60,845 nt of DNA from Elusimicrobiota bacterium (lineage in GTDB: Bacteria > Elusimicrobiota > Elusimicrobia > Elusimicrobiales > UBA9959). The stretch is taken from the NCBI GenBank assembly GCA_016209085.1, contig JACQWV010000010.1, forward strand, positions 1-60,845, read 5' to 3'. The notes below the pieces were generated by a model. The model ran no database searches and was not told the DNA's origin. It saw nothing but the letters and a program-made list of their open reading frames with translations. Numbering within the stretch: position 1 is the stretch's first letter; each line of letters starts with the position of its first letter. This document shows, piece by piece, positions 33,072 to 42,351 of this stretch. Position numbers and translations under genes: made by a program.

Positions 33072-35111
33072 TCAAGGGCTGAAAGCGTCTGCGTGGTCGG
33101 GCTGAAGCTCAGTAACGGAATTTAGGGCTTTTTTTGCAGCGTTTATAAGGGCTTCAGGGGAAATATTCCGGTTTATGGCCTGTCTCATCCATTCGTCAGG
33201 CGTGATGCTTCCCAGCATGCACATCCTCGGCATTTCAGCGCCTAAATTACGGGTTTTAAAATATTCCTCAATCTGGAACGCTATTATGTGTCCCAGCGGG
33301 TAATCCGGAAGATAAAGTCCGTGTTCTATCATGTGGGAATATACGGCCAGAATCGGCGTGTCTTTTACCCCGATAAGAGGGGCGTAATGCCTGTTCCATA
33401 TTTGTTTTGCTATTGCCAGAACTGCTTTTTTCAGGGTTTCCGCATTTGCGTCCGGGCGCTTGTACATCCATCTCCAGACTTTCATGTCAACAAGAGAAAC
33501 TCCTGCTATTTCCCTTGCGCACCAGAAAGCGTCCAGCGTTTTCATGGCAGCTGTTTCTTCGTTTTCAGTCGCCGGCCGCTCGCAGCGCTCGCGGCACCGA
33601 TTGCGGTCAATGCCGCCCTGTTCCGTTATGCCCAGTATTTCCATGTCCCTGGCCTGAAAAATAAAAGCAAAGCTCTCGGTAAAAGCGGTATTCGGCACTC
33701 CTTCAAGAAGCGTGTGGTCTATTTTGCACATTGAAATCACCTGCTCCACGCAGTGTCCCAGTTCGTGCATAGCAATGTTTAACCCCTGGTAATTCATTCC
33801 GTTTCTGGTAACCCTTGTCCTGAGATGAGCTTTTTCCTCCCGCATGCCCGGCCCCCACGCGTGGCCTGAGCCTCTTGCAAGGTCCGTTTCTATTTTTGAC
33901 CCTATGAATTTCGCAAGGCCTTTTGAAAAGCCTAATTTTTCAAGAATGCGGGGTATGTCTTTTTCAAAAACCGCTGTGTCCGGATATTTCCGTGCAGTGA
34001 TTTTGTCAAGTTCTTCGGAAGAGATTTTTGAGCGGATTTTAAACCCGTCGTACCAGATGTCAAACGGTTCAAGGTTCCTGTCAAGCCTTCTTCTGATTAA
34101 TTCCGCTGTTTCCTTTCCCGTTTCCGCATCAAGCAGTTCCTCAAGCATGTTTTCAACTTCTCTTTCAGGCATTTCCCTCTGGATTTTGAATTTCCTGTCC
34201 ATGTAATTCGGAATTAAAGGGCAGTATTTGTCTTCAAGCCTGTGCGCCCTGAAAACATCCAGAAGATGTCGGTATCTTGCCCTGTCCGGCTTGCCGCGTT
34301 TTCCGTCAAGCGTGTTTGAAAAAGGTTCATAGGAATGTTGAACCGAGTTAATGAATTTCGCAGGTATTTCCTGCGCCGTTATTCTCTCCATTATTTTAAA
34401 TATGATTTGCTGCTTTTTAAGGTTTTCCCGCGGATTTGAATAAAGCGATTTTATCCTGTCTCTGAGCCCCCAGTGGGATATGAGTTTTCCTCCTGCCTTG
34501 AACATCGGCGATTTATTGCAGTCAAGGATTTTGTCAAGATAGATGTTATAGTCGGCAATGTAGTTTTCCGCCTTGACGTATGCCTGATTGATTTTCCGCG
34601 TGATTTCAGGAGGAATCCGGAACATAAATTTCTTTGCGAGCCTCGCCTGAGCCCATTCTTTTCTTGAAAACTTCACGCCGTTTTCAAGACATTCTTCCAG
34701 GTATTTAACAGGGAAGTTTAAAAGCGCCGTGAACGCTAATTTTGTCTGAAACATGTCTTCAAGAAAGTGGGCAAATGGAGCGTAGGAAGCAAACATCTGG
34801 TCAACGGGATGAGATTCGCCGGTGTCTTCGTCCATCTGGAGCCTCAGTTTCAGCATCATGGCCGTAAAATGTCCGTTTATGCATTCAATTTTTTCCTCAA
34901 ATCTCTCAAACAGAATTTCAAGGGATTCTCCGGTAAAAAAATTATCAAGGCAGAAGTTTTCAAAATCCCGGGGACTTCCGTCCCTGCCCTTCCAGAGTTT
35001 TGCCGTTTGTCTGACGCAGGTTTTTATTCTTCCGGTTTCCGTCGGATATTTATCCGCCAGTTTTTTGACGATTTTTCTAATAGCCTTTTCTTTTATCATT
35101 TTCCCTCCCAC
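33072..35111 (-). CDS. Large HEXXH-motif protein (putative gluzincin metallopeptidase)
   Basis: 679 aa. The only clear signature is MHELGHCVEQ. The family is not recognised. Confidence 0.4.
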   Translation of the reverse strand: MGGKMIKEKAIRKIVKKLADKYPTETGRIKTCVRQTAKLWKGRDGSPRDFENFCLDNFFTGESLEILFERFEEKIECINGHFTAMMLKLRLQMDEDTGESHPVDQMFASYAPFAHFLEDMFQTKLAFTALLNFPVKYLEECLENGVKFSRKEWAQARLAKKFMFRIPPEITRKINQAYVKAENYIADYNIYLDKILDCNKSPMFKAGGKLISHWGLRDRIKSLYSNPRENLKKQQIIFKIMERITAQEIPAKFINSVQHSYEPFSNTLDGKRGKPDRARYRHLLDVFRAHRLEDKYCPLIPNYMDRKFKIQREMPEREVENMLEELLDAETGKETAELIRRRLDRNLEPFDIWYDGFKIRSKISSEELDKITARKYPDTAVFEKDIPRILEKLGFSKGLAKFIGSKIETDLARGSGHAWGPGMREEKAHLRTRVTRNGMNYQGLNIAMHELGHCVEQVISMCKIDHTLLEGVPNTAFTESFAFIFQARDMEILGITEQGGIDRNRCRERCERPATENEETAAMKTLDAFWCAREIAGVSLVDMKVWRWMYKRPDANAETLKKAVLAIAKQIWNRHYAPLIGVKDTPILAVYSHMIEHGLYLPDYPLGHIIAFQIEEYFKTRNLGAEMPRMCMLGSITPDEWMRQAINRNISPEALINAAKKALNSVTELQPDHADAFSP

Positions 35112-35113
35112 AC

Positions 35114-35290
35114 TTAACCCGAAAAACTCAGTTGCCTATGGCTTTCATTGAGAAATAGCCGTATAAAAAAATGCACCTGAGTTTTTCGTAATTCTAAATT
35201 TTAAATTATAAATTCTTAATTTAGGAATAATTCAAAATTCAACACTCAAAACTCATAATTCCCGAATTCCAACTGAGGAATTTGGGTTAA
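35114..35290. mobile_element. MITE-like element, family 2, long copy (inverted relative to 26127-26245)
   Basis: ttaacccgaaaaactcagttgcctatg...cctgagtttttcg...ccgaattccaactgaggaatttgggttaa. Imperfect terminal inverted repeats are TTAACCCGAAAAACTCAG / CTGAGGAATTTGGGTTAA. An extra cacttaaccc lies just outside at 35298-35307, echoing 35111-35120. Confidence 0.8.
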
Positions 35291-35311
35291 CACTTATCAC
35301 TTAACCCTTCT

Positions 35312-35998
35312 TCAATACTTATACCATTCCGTTCCTTTTGTATCTTTATGGGAACAGTCTATCAAAACAGTTCCCCAGTTGATGGAAGAAGTATTTGAAA
35401 AATAAATCCAGCCGCCCGTGTCTTTTATCGCTGATTCAAGCTCAGTGTCAAAATCAGCCTGGTCTATAACCGTGATTTTGTTTGTTTTCGCGTGTCCGGG
35501 AACTTCAATTTCCGGGATTTCTTTGAGATACGCGGGCACGAGTTCTTCAAAGTTTTTCGGGTAGTTTCCTTCAAAGTCGCCGTAATATATCATAAGAGCC
35601 GACCTGATTGACGCTAGCGTCTGTTTAACCCGTATTTCTTTTATTGCTTCTGCTTGTTTTTTCTCTTTTTCTTCAATTTCCTTGAGCATTTCCGGACCGA
35701 GAGCGGTTTTGAGTTTCAGCGTCAGATCAGCTACCTGTTTGATTATATCTTCCATTGTTTTTGAGTCAATTTTGTCGGATTTGTCCTTTAAAAATGAAAG
35801 ATACTTTATCGCTTCGGATATCTCGGCGCCGTATTTCGGGACATAATCAAGATTCTCCTGGGCCGGTTTCGCCTCTGTTTCTATGATTTCTTCTTTTTTA
35901 ATCCGGTCAATGTCGTCTACCTTGGCTTCTTCCTGGCTGAAGGAAGAAACAACGCCGAACATGGCCGACGCCGCAAAAAACAGGAAAAATTTTTTCAT
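35312..35998 (-). CDS. Secreted hypothetical protein with a pseudopilin (GspG-like) C-terminal region
   Basis: 228 aa with a signal peptide. LASIRSALMIYYGDFEGNYPKNFEELVPAYLKEIP resembles type II secretion/type IV pilin-like folds. Confidence 0.4.
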   Translation of the reverse strand: MKKFFLFFAASAMFGVVSSFSQEEAKVDDIDRIKKEEIIETEAKPAQENLDYVPKYGAEISEAIKYLSFLKDKSDKIDSKTMEDIIKQVADLTLKLKTALGPEMLKEIEEKEKKQAEAIKEIRVKQTLASIRSALMIYYGDFEGNYPKNFEELVPAYLKEIPEIEVPGHAKTNKITVIDQADFDTELESAIKDTGGWIYFSNTSSINWGTVLIDCSHKDTKGTEWYKY

Positions 35999-36033
35999 AA
36001 TCAGTCCTCCAGAAATTTATTATACTAAACTAT

Positions 36034-36240
36034 ATGACAATGAGCTTTAACAGCGGTTCATTCCCGTATTCCAGAATAGTCCTGATGCACGTGTCAATTA
36101 TAGCCGGAGCCTTCGCAATGCAGATATTTAAGGGACAGAATTACATTCTGCCTGTTTTTATGTTTCTCAAGACAATCATTGATTTGCACGCGCACCTCAA
36201 AGAAAGAAAAAATACGGGAGTTGCTTGCCGCCGGCGGTGA
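36034..36240 (+). pseudogene. Possible 3' remnant of a membrane-protein gene
   Basis: The 68-aa ORF looks like the last TM segments of a larger protein (..VLMHVSIIAGAFAMQIF...VFMFLKTIIDLHAHLKERK). No upstream coding sequence continues it. Confidence 0.3.
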
Positions 36241-36263
36241 CTGGTTGGCCAAGAGAATATGTC

Positions 36264-38642
36264 CTAATCTTCAAGAAGTAGTTTGCCTATAAGAGATGTT
36301 GGCATAGGTCCCTCCTTCAAGAAATCGCGGTGGAACTGTGCCTCCGAATAGGCTTTACCCTTGGCTTTTTTGTATTCCTCTTTCAATCTTTCAATCTCCA
36401 TCTGACCCAGGGTGAAATCAAGCATACGGAGGGGCCACAACGCCGAATCCTGGAAATATCCTTGCGACTCACTTTGCGTCATTCCATCAGTAACGACATC
36501 GTGCCAAGTCACCTTCCTGGCATGCAGCTTGATCTCCCAAATGGCATACTCAATGAACGATATTTGTTGGTTTATACAAAAATATTCTTCCGCCTTGGTG
36601 AAGAAGCCTTTACGACGCATAAGATCAGTAACATACATAGCCCATCCCTCAATATTAAAACCTGATTCGCCCAACCAGAGGTATCTGGGAATCTCGTTTC
36701 GAAAGGCATGAAACTGTCTGAATTGAAGATCGTGTCCAGGCAGCGCCTCATGCACAGTATTCACTGCAATTTCCGGGATGGGCGGCATATCTTGCGAGGT
36801 GCCGCTGGACTTTGTAATATAAAATATTCCTCGAATATCGTCGCGGAATATGGGCACAGGCCGATAGAAAGCCCATGCGTCCTCATGCATTCCAGACGGA
36901 CCCGACATGACCTCCACTTTGAAAGAAGATGGCAAGTCAAATAGATTCTCAAGTCGGATAAAGTTTTCAGCTCGAATTATCGCATCATGGTAATACCTGA
37001 GCATTTCCCTCTCGTCTACGGGGGTGGTATTGATATTATTGTGAACCTCCGCTACGGAGACCTTCATCTCATGCGCGAGTTCGATTTTCAGTCTGTCCAG
37101 ATCGCCACTCAGTTCCGCTAAACGGGTTTCCAGTCGCCGAAGTATTTGGTCCGCATCCTCATTAACATACAACTGATTCTTTAATCTCCAATTCAGTTCT
37201 TCCATACCAAGAGCATAATCCTGACTGGCTTCAGGAAGCACCTCCCGATTGAGGAAATCAGTAAAACTGCCAAGAGCTCTGATTGTCCGCGTTGAAGCGT
37301 GCTCCAGTCTTTCTACGATTGCATGGTTCCTGTCTAACGACATCGCGGCGAATGCTGGGAGTTTTGCATAATATTCCGCCGCCTTTGGGGCTACCTTGGA
37401 GCCGTAGTATTCCGTCGAAATTTTGTTCGGGATATTTCCTTCGGCCAAACCTTCCCGAAGGTGGCTCTCCGCTTCTTTATAGTAATTAGGCAGCTTTTCC
37501 AGAATTCGAGCTATTTCCTCCCAGCCCTGGATGGTTTCTTTGCTAAAGGATAAGAACTCCTTTCGAGCCATTATATATCCCCACGGGTACGAAATATAAT
37601 CCCGCAAATCTACTATAGGATAGGATCTATGTAAGAGGCGGGGACGAAGATCGGAGTGTATCAAACTCTCCAGAAAATCAAAATAGATCCGCTCCCGATG
37701 CGGTAGTGACTTCCGGTGAATTTTCAGTGCCTGCAGACGGATGTTTAATTGCGATAGTTCTGCCTCATAGCGTTGGAGGGCGGGGAACGAAATGTCTGTG
37801 AGCACTTCATGGGAGGGAATCCCCAGGTCAAAAGCTCGTTCGGGCTTATATCTCAACCGTACTTCCCAATAATCATTCTGGAGTTGTTCGATATCCGTGG
37901 ATGCTTGAGATACTGTTCTATCCGCCGCGTGCGAAGAATCCGCCGCGGCTTGTTCGCCGGATTCCTTGCAAGCATACGCCAGCATGGGATAAGACTGCCA
38001 CTGACCTGCTCTCACGGTATTGAGTATCTTATCGATCTTTACTGTAAGACTTCTGATTAGCTCCTGCTGTGGCGGATGCACAGTAAAGGGATATCCCAGT
38101 TTGGCGCTACTGCCCAAATCAGAAAACAACTCGTTATAAGTTTTGGGCGCCATTTCTCCGTATAACGTTACCATCCTGAGAAAGTATCTATCGCGGGCTG
38201 CCGCTATTCCGGATGCCGCCGCCGCTTCCGGAATAATATGAAGCTTCTGCGCGCCAGTGAAACAGGCGTCAAGTTGTTTCCAAACATCGATCTGGGCAAC
38301 TTCAATGTCTTGCAGGCGCGCTCGCATTTGATCCATGACACATAGGGTGGCAATGTCTGAAAGAAACTCCTTCCTTAATGCGCGGTCTCGGCGGTTTGTC
38401 TCCCTTTTGAATTCTGCCGCCTGGTCAGATAAACGAGTGGGGTCTGCGCATAATGCCCGTCTTCCTGGAAGAGACCATGCAAATAGAAAGAAAATCAGTC
38501 CGCATTTAAAAATTTTAGGAAGAGCTTGTCGGATATGATTAGAGGGTGTAGTTTCAACCCCCAGACATATTGCGGAAAACCAAAAACCCAAAATTGCGCA
38601 AAGTCCGGGTACAAGTTTTTTCATTCGCGGAAAATTGACCAT
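36264..38642 (-). CDS. DUF885-family protein with a long N-terminal extension
   Basis: 792 aa. HEALPGHDLQF matches the DUF885 HExxPGHxxQ signature. It has an N-terminal TM or signal region. Confidence 0.65.
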   Translation of the reverse strand: MVNFPRMKKLVPGLCAILGFWFSAICLGVETTPSNHIRQALPKIFKCGLIFFLFAWSLPGRRALCADPTRLSDQAAEFKRETNRRDRALRKEFLSDIATLCVMDQMRARLQDIEVAQIDVWKQLDACFTGAQKLHIIPEAAAASGIAAARDRYFLRMVTLYGEMAPKTYNELFSDLGSSAKLGYPFTVHPPQQELIRSLTVKIDKILNTVRAGQWQSYPMLAYACKESGEQAAADSSHAADRTVSQASTDIEQLQNDYWEVRLRYKPERAFDLGIPSHEVLTDISFPALQRYEAELSQLNIRLQALKIHRKSLPHRERIYFDFLESLIHSDLRPRLLHRSYPIVDLRDYISYPWGYIMARKEFLSFSKETIQGWEEIARILEKLPNYYKEAESHLREGLAEGNIPNKISTEYYGSKVAPKAAEYYAKLPAFAAMSLDRNHAIVERLEHASTRTIRALGSFTDFLNREVLPEASQDYALGMEELNWRLKNQLYVNEDADQILRRLETRLAELSGDLDRLKIELAHEMKVSVAEVHNNINTTPVDEREMLRYYHDAIIRAENFIRLENLFDLPSSFKVEVMSGPSGMHEDAWAFYRPVPIFRDDIRGIFYITKSSGTSQDMPPIPEIAVNTVHEALPGHDLQFRQFHAFRNEIPRYLWLGESGFNIEGWAMYVTDLMRRKGFFTKAEEYFCINQQISFIEYAIWEIKLHARKVTWHDVVTDGMTQSESQGYFQDSALWPLRMLDFTLGQMEIERLKEEYKKAKGKAYSEAQFHRDFLKEGPMPTSLIGKLLLED

Positions 38643-38834
38643 ACAGGGATATTATATACTTTCAACTGAATGGTGCGATGTGGCCCGCTTGGAGTGAGTG
38701 TCGGATTACCCTCTTTCGCCAAAGCTTCAGATGGGCAGGCCGTCAATTCATTCTGCTTCGCCGCGTCGGTTTTGTCGCGGCTTTGCAGGAATAGATTCCT
38801 ACGAAGCGCTGCCCCGTTAGGGACAGCGCGAAGT

Positions 38835-38847
38835 AGAAGGGTGGCTG
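38835..38847. repeat. 13-nt direct repeat of the tRNA-His 3' end plus flank (agaagggtggctg)
   Basis: Identical to 40129-40141. Together the two copies bracket only the Fic gene. Confidence 0.6.
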
Positions 38848-38939
38848 TTCCGACGCTGTGCGAACATTTTTGGACCAGGGCAAAGTGTACTATGGATTCC
38901 TTTGGATATTACCCTTATTATTACCCTTATTTAAGGGTA

Positions 38940-39983
38940 TTACCCTCTTTTTGACCAAAGCGCTCCGGGACCCTTGCCAAGGCATTTTACTACGCCCTTC
39001 CTGCTCAGGTCTTTTAATACGAGCCGTATCATATCCCTGCTTACGCCTGGGCAGGCCTTTTCCAAATCAGCCAATGTAAAATTCCCCGCAAAAGATTTTA
39101 TAGCGTTCAGTACGAAACCGGTTTTTGCGCCTTTTGCGGACTTAACCTTTCCGGCTCTATCTTCAAATTCAATGTATGCCCGCCGGATTATGGAGAGAAA
39201 ATAATTAAACCAGGGGATAATGTTGTGCCTGCCTTCATGCCATTTCCGGGAACTTTCCAAAAGAACGCGGTAGTAATCTTCTCTGGTATCCTCAACGAGT
39301 CGTTCTATGCTGATGTATCTGCCGACGTCTATCCCGCGTTGATAAAGCGCCAGCAAAGTCAGGAGCCGGGCGACCCGGCCGTTGCCGTCGCGGAACGGAT
39401 GAATGCACAGGAAATCCAGTACAAAAGCCGCGATAGCAAGTATGGGAGGGACATGCTCCTGATTTATAGCGTGACGGTATGCGACGCACAATTCTTCCGC
39501 GGCTTTAGGAGTATCTTTGAAGGAAACCGGCTTGAAGCGGATAAACGGGGCCTGCCCCGGTTTCGTTTCAATGATTTCATTATCAATATTTTTGAACTGG
39601 CCAGCGTCGCCGGACCCTTCCTGAATCATCAGATGCAATTTCTTCATCAGTTCCGGCGTGATGGCTAAATTTTTATGGTTTGCGTGTATCAGGTTTAAAG
39701 CCTTGCGGTATCCCTGCACTTCCTCTTCAGAGCGATTTTTGGGACGGACATTTCCGAGGACCAGGGGCTTAAGCCGCTGCGCCTGAACCGTAATGCCTTC
39801 TATGCGGTTTGAAGATTCCACGCTCTGAACCAGAGCCATATCCCTAAGGGCTTTTAAAATCTGCGGGGACTGTTTTGTGTAAAGGTCCTGCCGGCCCTTG
39901 CTTTGTGCGATATCTGTCATGAGCCAGACCGACCCGGCAGGAATGGCGAAATTTTTTAATCTTTCATTTCGGAATGACATCAT
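38940..39983 (-). CDS. Fic-family protein (AMPylase-type; class II with N-terminal inhibitory motif) with a C-terminal winged-helix domain
   Basis: HPFRDGNGRVARLL core motif. SNRIEG fits the (S/T)xxxE(G/N) inhibitory helix. Confidence 0.9.
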   Translation of the reverse strand: MMSFRNERLKNFAIPAGSVWLMTDIAQSKGRQDLYTKQSPQILKALRDMALVQSVESSNRIEGITVQAQRLKPLVLGNVRPKNRSEEEVQGYRKALNLIHANHKNLAITPELMKKLHLMIQEGSGDAGQFKNIDNEIIETKPGQAPFIRFKPVSFKDTPKAAEELCVAYRHAINQEHVPPILAIAAFVLDFLCIHPFRDGNGRVARLLTLLALYQRGIDVGRYISIERLVEDTREDYYRVLLESSRKWHEGRHNIIPWFNYFLSIIRRAYIEFEDRAGKVKSAKGAKTGFVLNAIKSFAGNFTLADLEKACPGVSRDMIRLVLKDLSRKGVVKCLGKGPGALWSKRG

Positions 39984-40128
39984 AAATGTTTTTTCCCTAA
40001 CATTATATCTTGAGATATATGCGTCTTGTCTCCCGTTGTCTCCCTCCTTTTAAAGAGTTCAATATACCAAAAAGTGTAAACCATGTGCCCGGAATAAAGT
40101 GTTAAGAATGTCCTCGGAATATACCTTG

Positions 40129-40141
40129 AGAAGGGTGGCTG
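40129..40141. repeat. 13-nt direct repeat partner (overlaps the tRNA-His 3' end)
   Basis: agaagggtggctg. Confidence 0.6.
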
Positions 40142-40207
40142 ACGGGATTTGAACCCGCGACCTTCCGGGCCACAGCCGGACGCTCTAACCGCTGAGCTAC
40201 AACCACC
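40134..40207 (-). tRNA. tRNA-His (anticodon GTG)
   Basis: Cloverleaf folded by hand. G-1 is encoded. The acceptor is GTGGTTG/CAGCCAC, the D stem GCTC/GAGC, the anticodon stem TCCGG/CCGGA with loop CTGTGGC, and the T arm GCGGG-TTCAAAT-CCCGT. CCA is not encoded. Confidence 0.9.
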
Positions 40208-40390
40208 ATGAAAAACAGTAATCAGTAACCAGTTGACAGTAATCAGTAACAGCAACTGCAAAAACAGCAAAAAATAAACGCTACTAACTCTATTTTAAGA
40301 TTTTTGGAAAGCGTTAAGCAAACTCTCATTTATAGTATAATAATCTAAAGAAAAATTTGCGCCTGTTTATTTCTATTTGCGGGGGACATC

Positions 40391-40756
40391 ATGAGCAAAA
40401 TACTCGTTATTGACGACGACATAGAAATTCTTAATCTTATAAAAAAGGCATTGTCCGACGCGGGCCATCAAGTTGACACCTGCGAGAACGGAAGCGACGT
40501 AATGCGCGCCATAAGGGACACGAATCCCGATTTGCTTTTGCTTGACGTCATGCTTCCCGGCGTGGACGGATTTTCCCTGGCAAACCGCGTCAGGGTGTCT
40601 CCTGAAACGGTTAATCTGCCGATAATAATAATATCGGCTCTGGGGCCGTCAAGACCTTTGTTTGAAAGCATGCCCCAGGTCAAGGCATTTTTCCCCAAGC
40701 CTTTTGACGTGAACGACCTGACCGACAAGGTGAACGAGATCCTGACCGGGGGATGA
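40391..40756 (+). CDS. Single-domain response regulator (CheY-like receiver)
   Basis: 121 aa. ILVIDDD...DLLLLDVMLPGVDG...KPF pattern. Confidence 0.9.
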   Translation: MSKILVIDDDIEILNLIKKALSDAGHQVDTCENGSDVMRAIRDTNPDLLLLDVMLPGVDGFSLANRVRVSPETVNLPIIIISALGPSRPLFESMPQVKAFFPKPFDVNDLTDKVNEILTGG

Positions 40757-40829
40757 GCAAAAGATAGTTGAGAGTGTAGAGATTAGAGTGTAGAGGAAAG
40801 AAAAAGAGAGGAGTAAGAAGGGAGTTCCT

Positions 40830-42245
40830 ATGATCAGGAAACCAGTGGCGGCCGGACGCTTTTACGAATCCGACGCCGCCAGGCTTAAAGACGCTGTCGC
40901 GTCTTATCTCAGGAAAGTTGAGCCCGTAAAAGGGAAATTGCTCGGCATCCTCGCTCCTCACGCGGGCTATGTGTATTCGGGGAAAACAGCCGGCCAGGCT
41001 TTTTCTTACCTGATGGATGCGGATTTTGACACGGTTGTTTTTTTCGGGACAGGGCACGCTCTTCCGGTAAAAGGCGGGGCGCTTCTTTACAAGGATGCTT
41101 TTGAAACTCCTCTGGGCAGGGTTGAAATAGACTCTATCATAGCCGTAAAACTTCTTGAACAGCCAAAAATATTTGAAAACGTTCCGGAAGCGCATGAAAG
41201 GGAGCATTCAATAGAAGTTCAGATTCCGTTCCTGCAGGTTTTGAAAAAAAATTTCAAAATAGTTCCCATTCTGTTCAATACGCACAAGCTTGAGATTTTA
41301 CAGGAGGCGGGCAGGGCGGTCGCCGAAGCCGTGAAGGGCAAAAAAGCCGTGATTTGCGTTTCAACCGACCTCTCGCATTATCCCCCGGCGGACGTGGCTG
41401 AAAAAGCGGACAAATCCCTGATGACCGCGTTAGGCATAGCAATACGGAACAAAGACATGTCTTATTTTGACACGGCCTGCAGGCTGATTCTTGAAAAAGA
41501 AAGATACAGCCTTGACACTGTCTGCTGCGGCCAGTCGGCTGTCATAGCAGGGGTCTGCGCAGCTATTGAATTAGGAGCCGACGACTTTGACCTCATAAAA
41601 TACACTCATTCCGGAATGGTTTCAAAAGACGACAGTAACGTGGTGGGATACGCCAGCGGGCTGCTCCTCAAGTCTGAAAATCCCCTAGATGGCAGAATAC
41701 CTTTGTCCGTTGAAATGAAAAAAGAGCTTCTTTATTACGCGAGGAAAAGCATAGAGCTTTATCTCAAGGAAAAGAAAATTCCCGCCGCTTCCCTGTCGGA
41801 TACCGTTGAATTCAACCAGCCCGGCGCGGTTTTCGTCACGCTTTCCAAAAGAGGAAGTTTGAGAGGCTGTATAGGAACGATGAATCCGAAAAGCACTCTG
41901 CTTGACGCTGTCAGGAGTTTTGCGGTTGCCAGCGCCTCGGAGGACCCGAGATTCCCGGCTCTGACCGCCTCCGAGCTGTCTATGGTCTCAATAGAAATAT
42001 CAATATTGTCTCCTCTGAGAAGAGCAAGCGGCCATGATGAAGTAAAAGAAAAAATGCACGGCGTATATATTAAAAAGGGTTATTTAAGCGGAACTTATCT
42101 CCCCCAGGTCTGGGAGCACTTCAAGACAAAAGAAGAATTTCTGAATTCCCTCTGCGCGGAAAAAGCAGGACTTGCCGGAGATGCGTGGAAAGACAAATCA
42201 ACTGAAATATACGTTTACACTGTTGACGCTTTCAGAGAAGAATAA
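40830..42245 (+). CDS. Fusion of MEMO1-family (AmmeMemoRadiSam protein B) and AMMECR1 (protein A) domains
   Basis: The N-terminus is RKPVAAGRFYESD...ILAPHAGYVYSG (Memo). The C-terminus is GAVFVTLSKRGSLRGCIGT...DPRF (AMMECR1). Confidence 0.85.
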   Translation: MIRKPVAAGRFYESDAARLKDAVASYLRKVEPVKGKLLGILAPHAGYVYSGKTAGQAFSYLMDADFDTVVFFGTGHALPVKGGALLYKDAFETPLGRVEIDSIIAVKLLEQPKIFENVPEAHEREHSIEVQIPFLQVLKKNFKIVPILFNTHKLEILQEAGRAVAEAVKGKKAVICVSTDLSHYPPADVAEKADKSLMTALGIAIRNKDMSYFDTACRLILEKERYSLDTVCCGQSAVIAGVCAAIELGADDFDLIKYTHSGMVSKDDSNVVGYASGLLLKSENPLDGRIPLSVEMKKELLYYARKSIELYLKEKKIPAASLSDTVEFNQPGAVFVTLSKRGSLRGCIGTMNPKSTLLDAVRSFAVASASEDPRFPALTASELSMVSIEISILSPLRRASGHDEVKEKMHGVYIKKGYLSGTYLPQVWEHFKTKEEFLNSLCAEKAGLAGDAWKDKSTEIYVYTVDAFREE

Positions 42246-42351
42246 AAAATAAAAAAATTAATCTCCATTGACAGCTTTTGATTTGCCAAGAGGAATGTTT
42301 CAAGGGGAAAAATGCAAGGAGTTGAACGCAAAAATTTGGAGGTAAAATAAA

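Noticed and set aside
33545-33625. A GC-rich stretch inside the HEXXH protein gene ending in gccctgttccgtta, which resembles the ..gctgttccgt end of the family found in NMO and typA
   Set aside because: Only the ~10-nt end motif matches and the GTCGGCATAGCC core is absent. This is insufficient to call a fourth copy without alignment statistics.
39980-40270. A 96-aa ORF on the minus strand
   Set aside because: It is entirely explained by tRNA-His (40134-40207) plus the CAGTAAC-word spacer. The translation is not protein-like.
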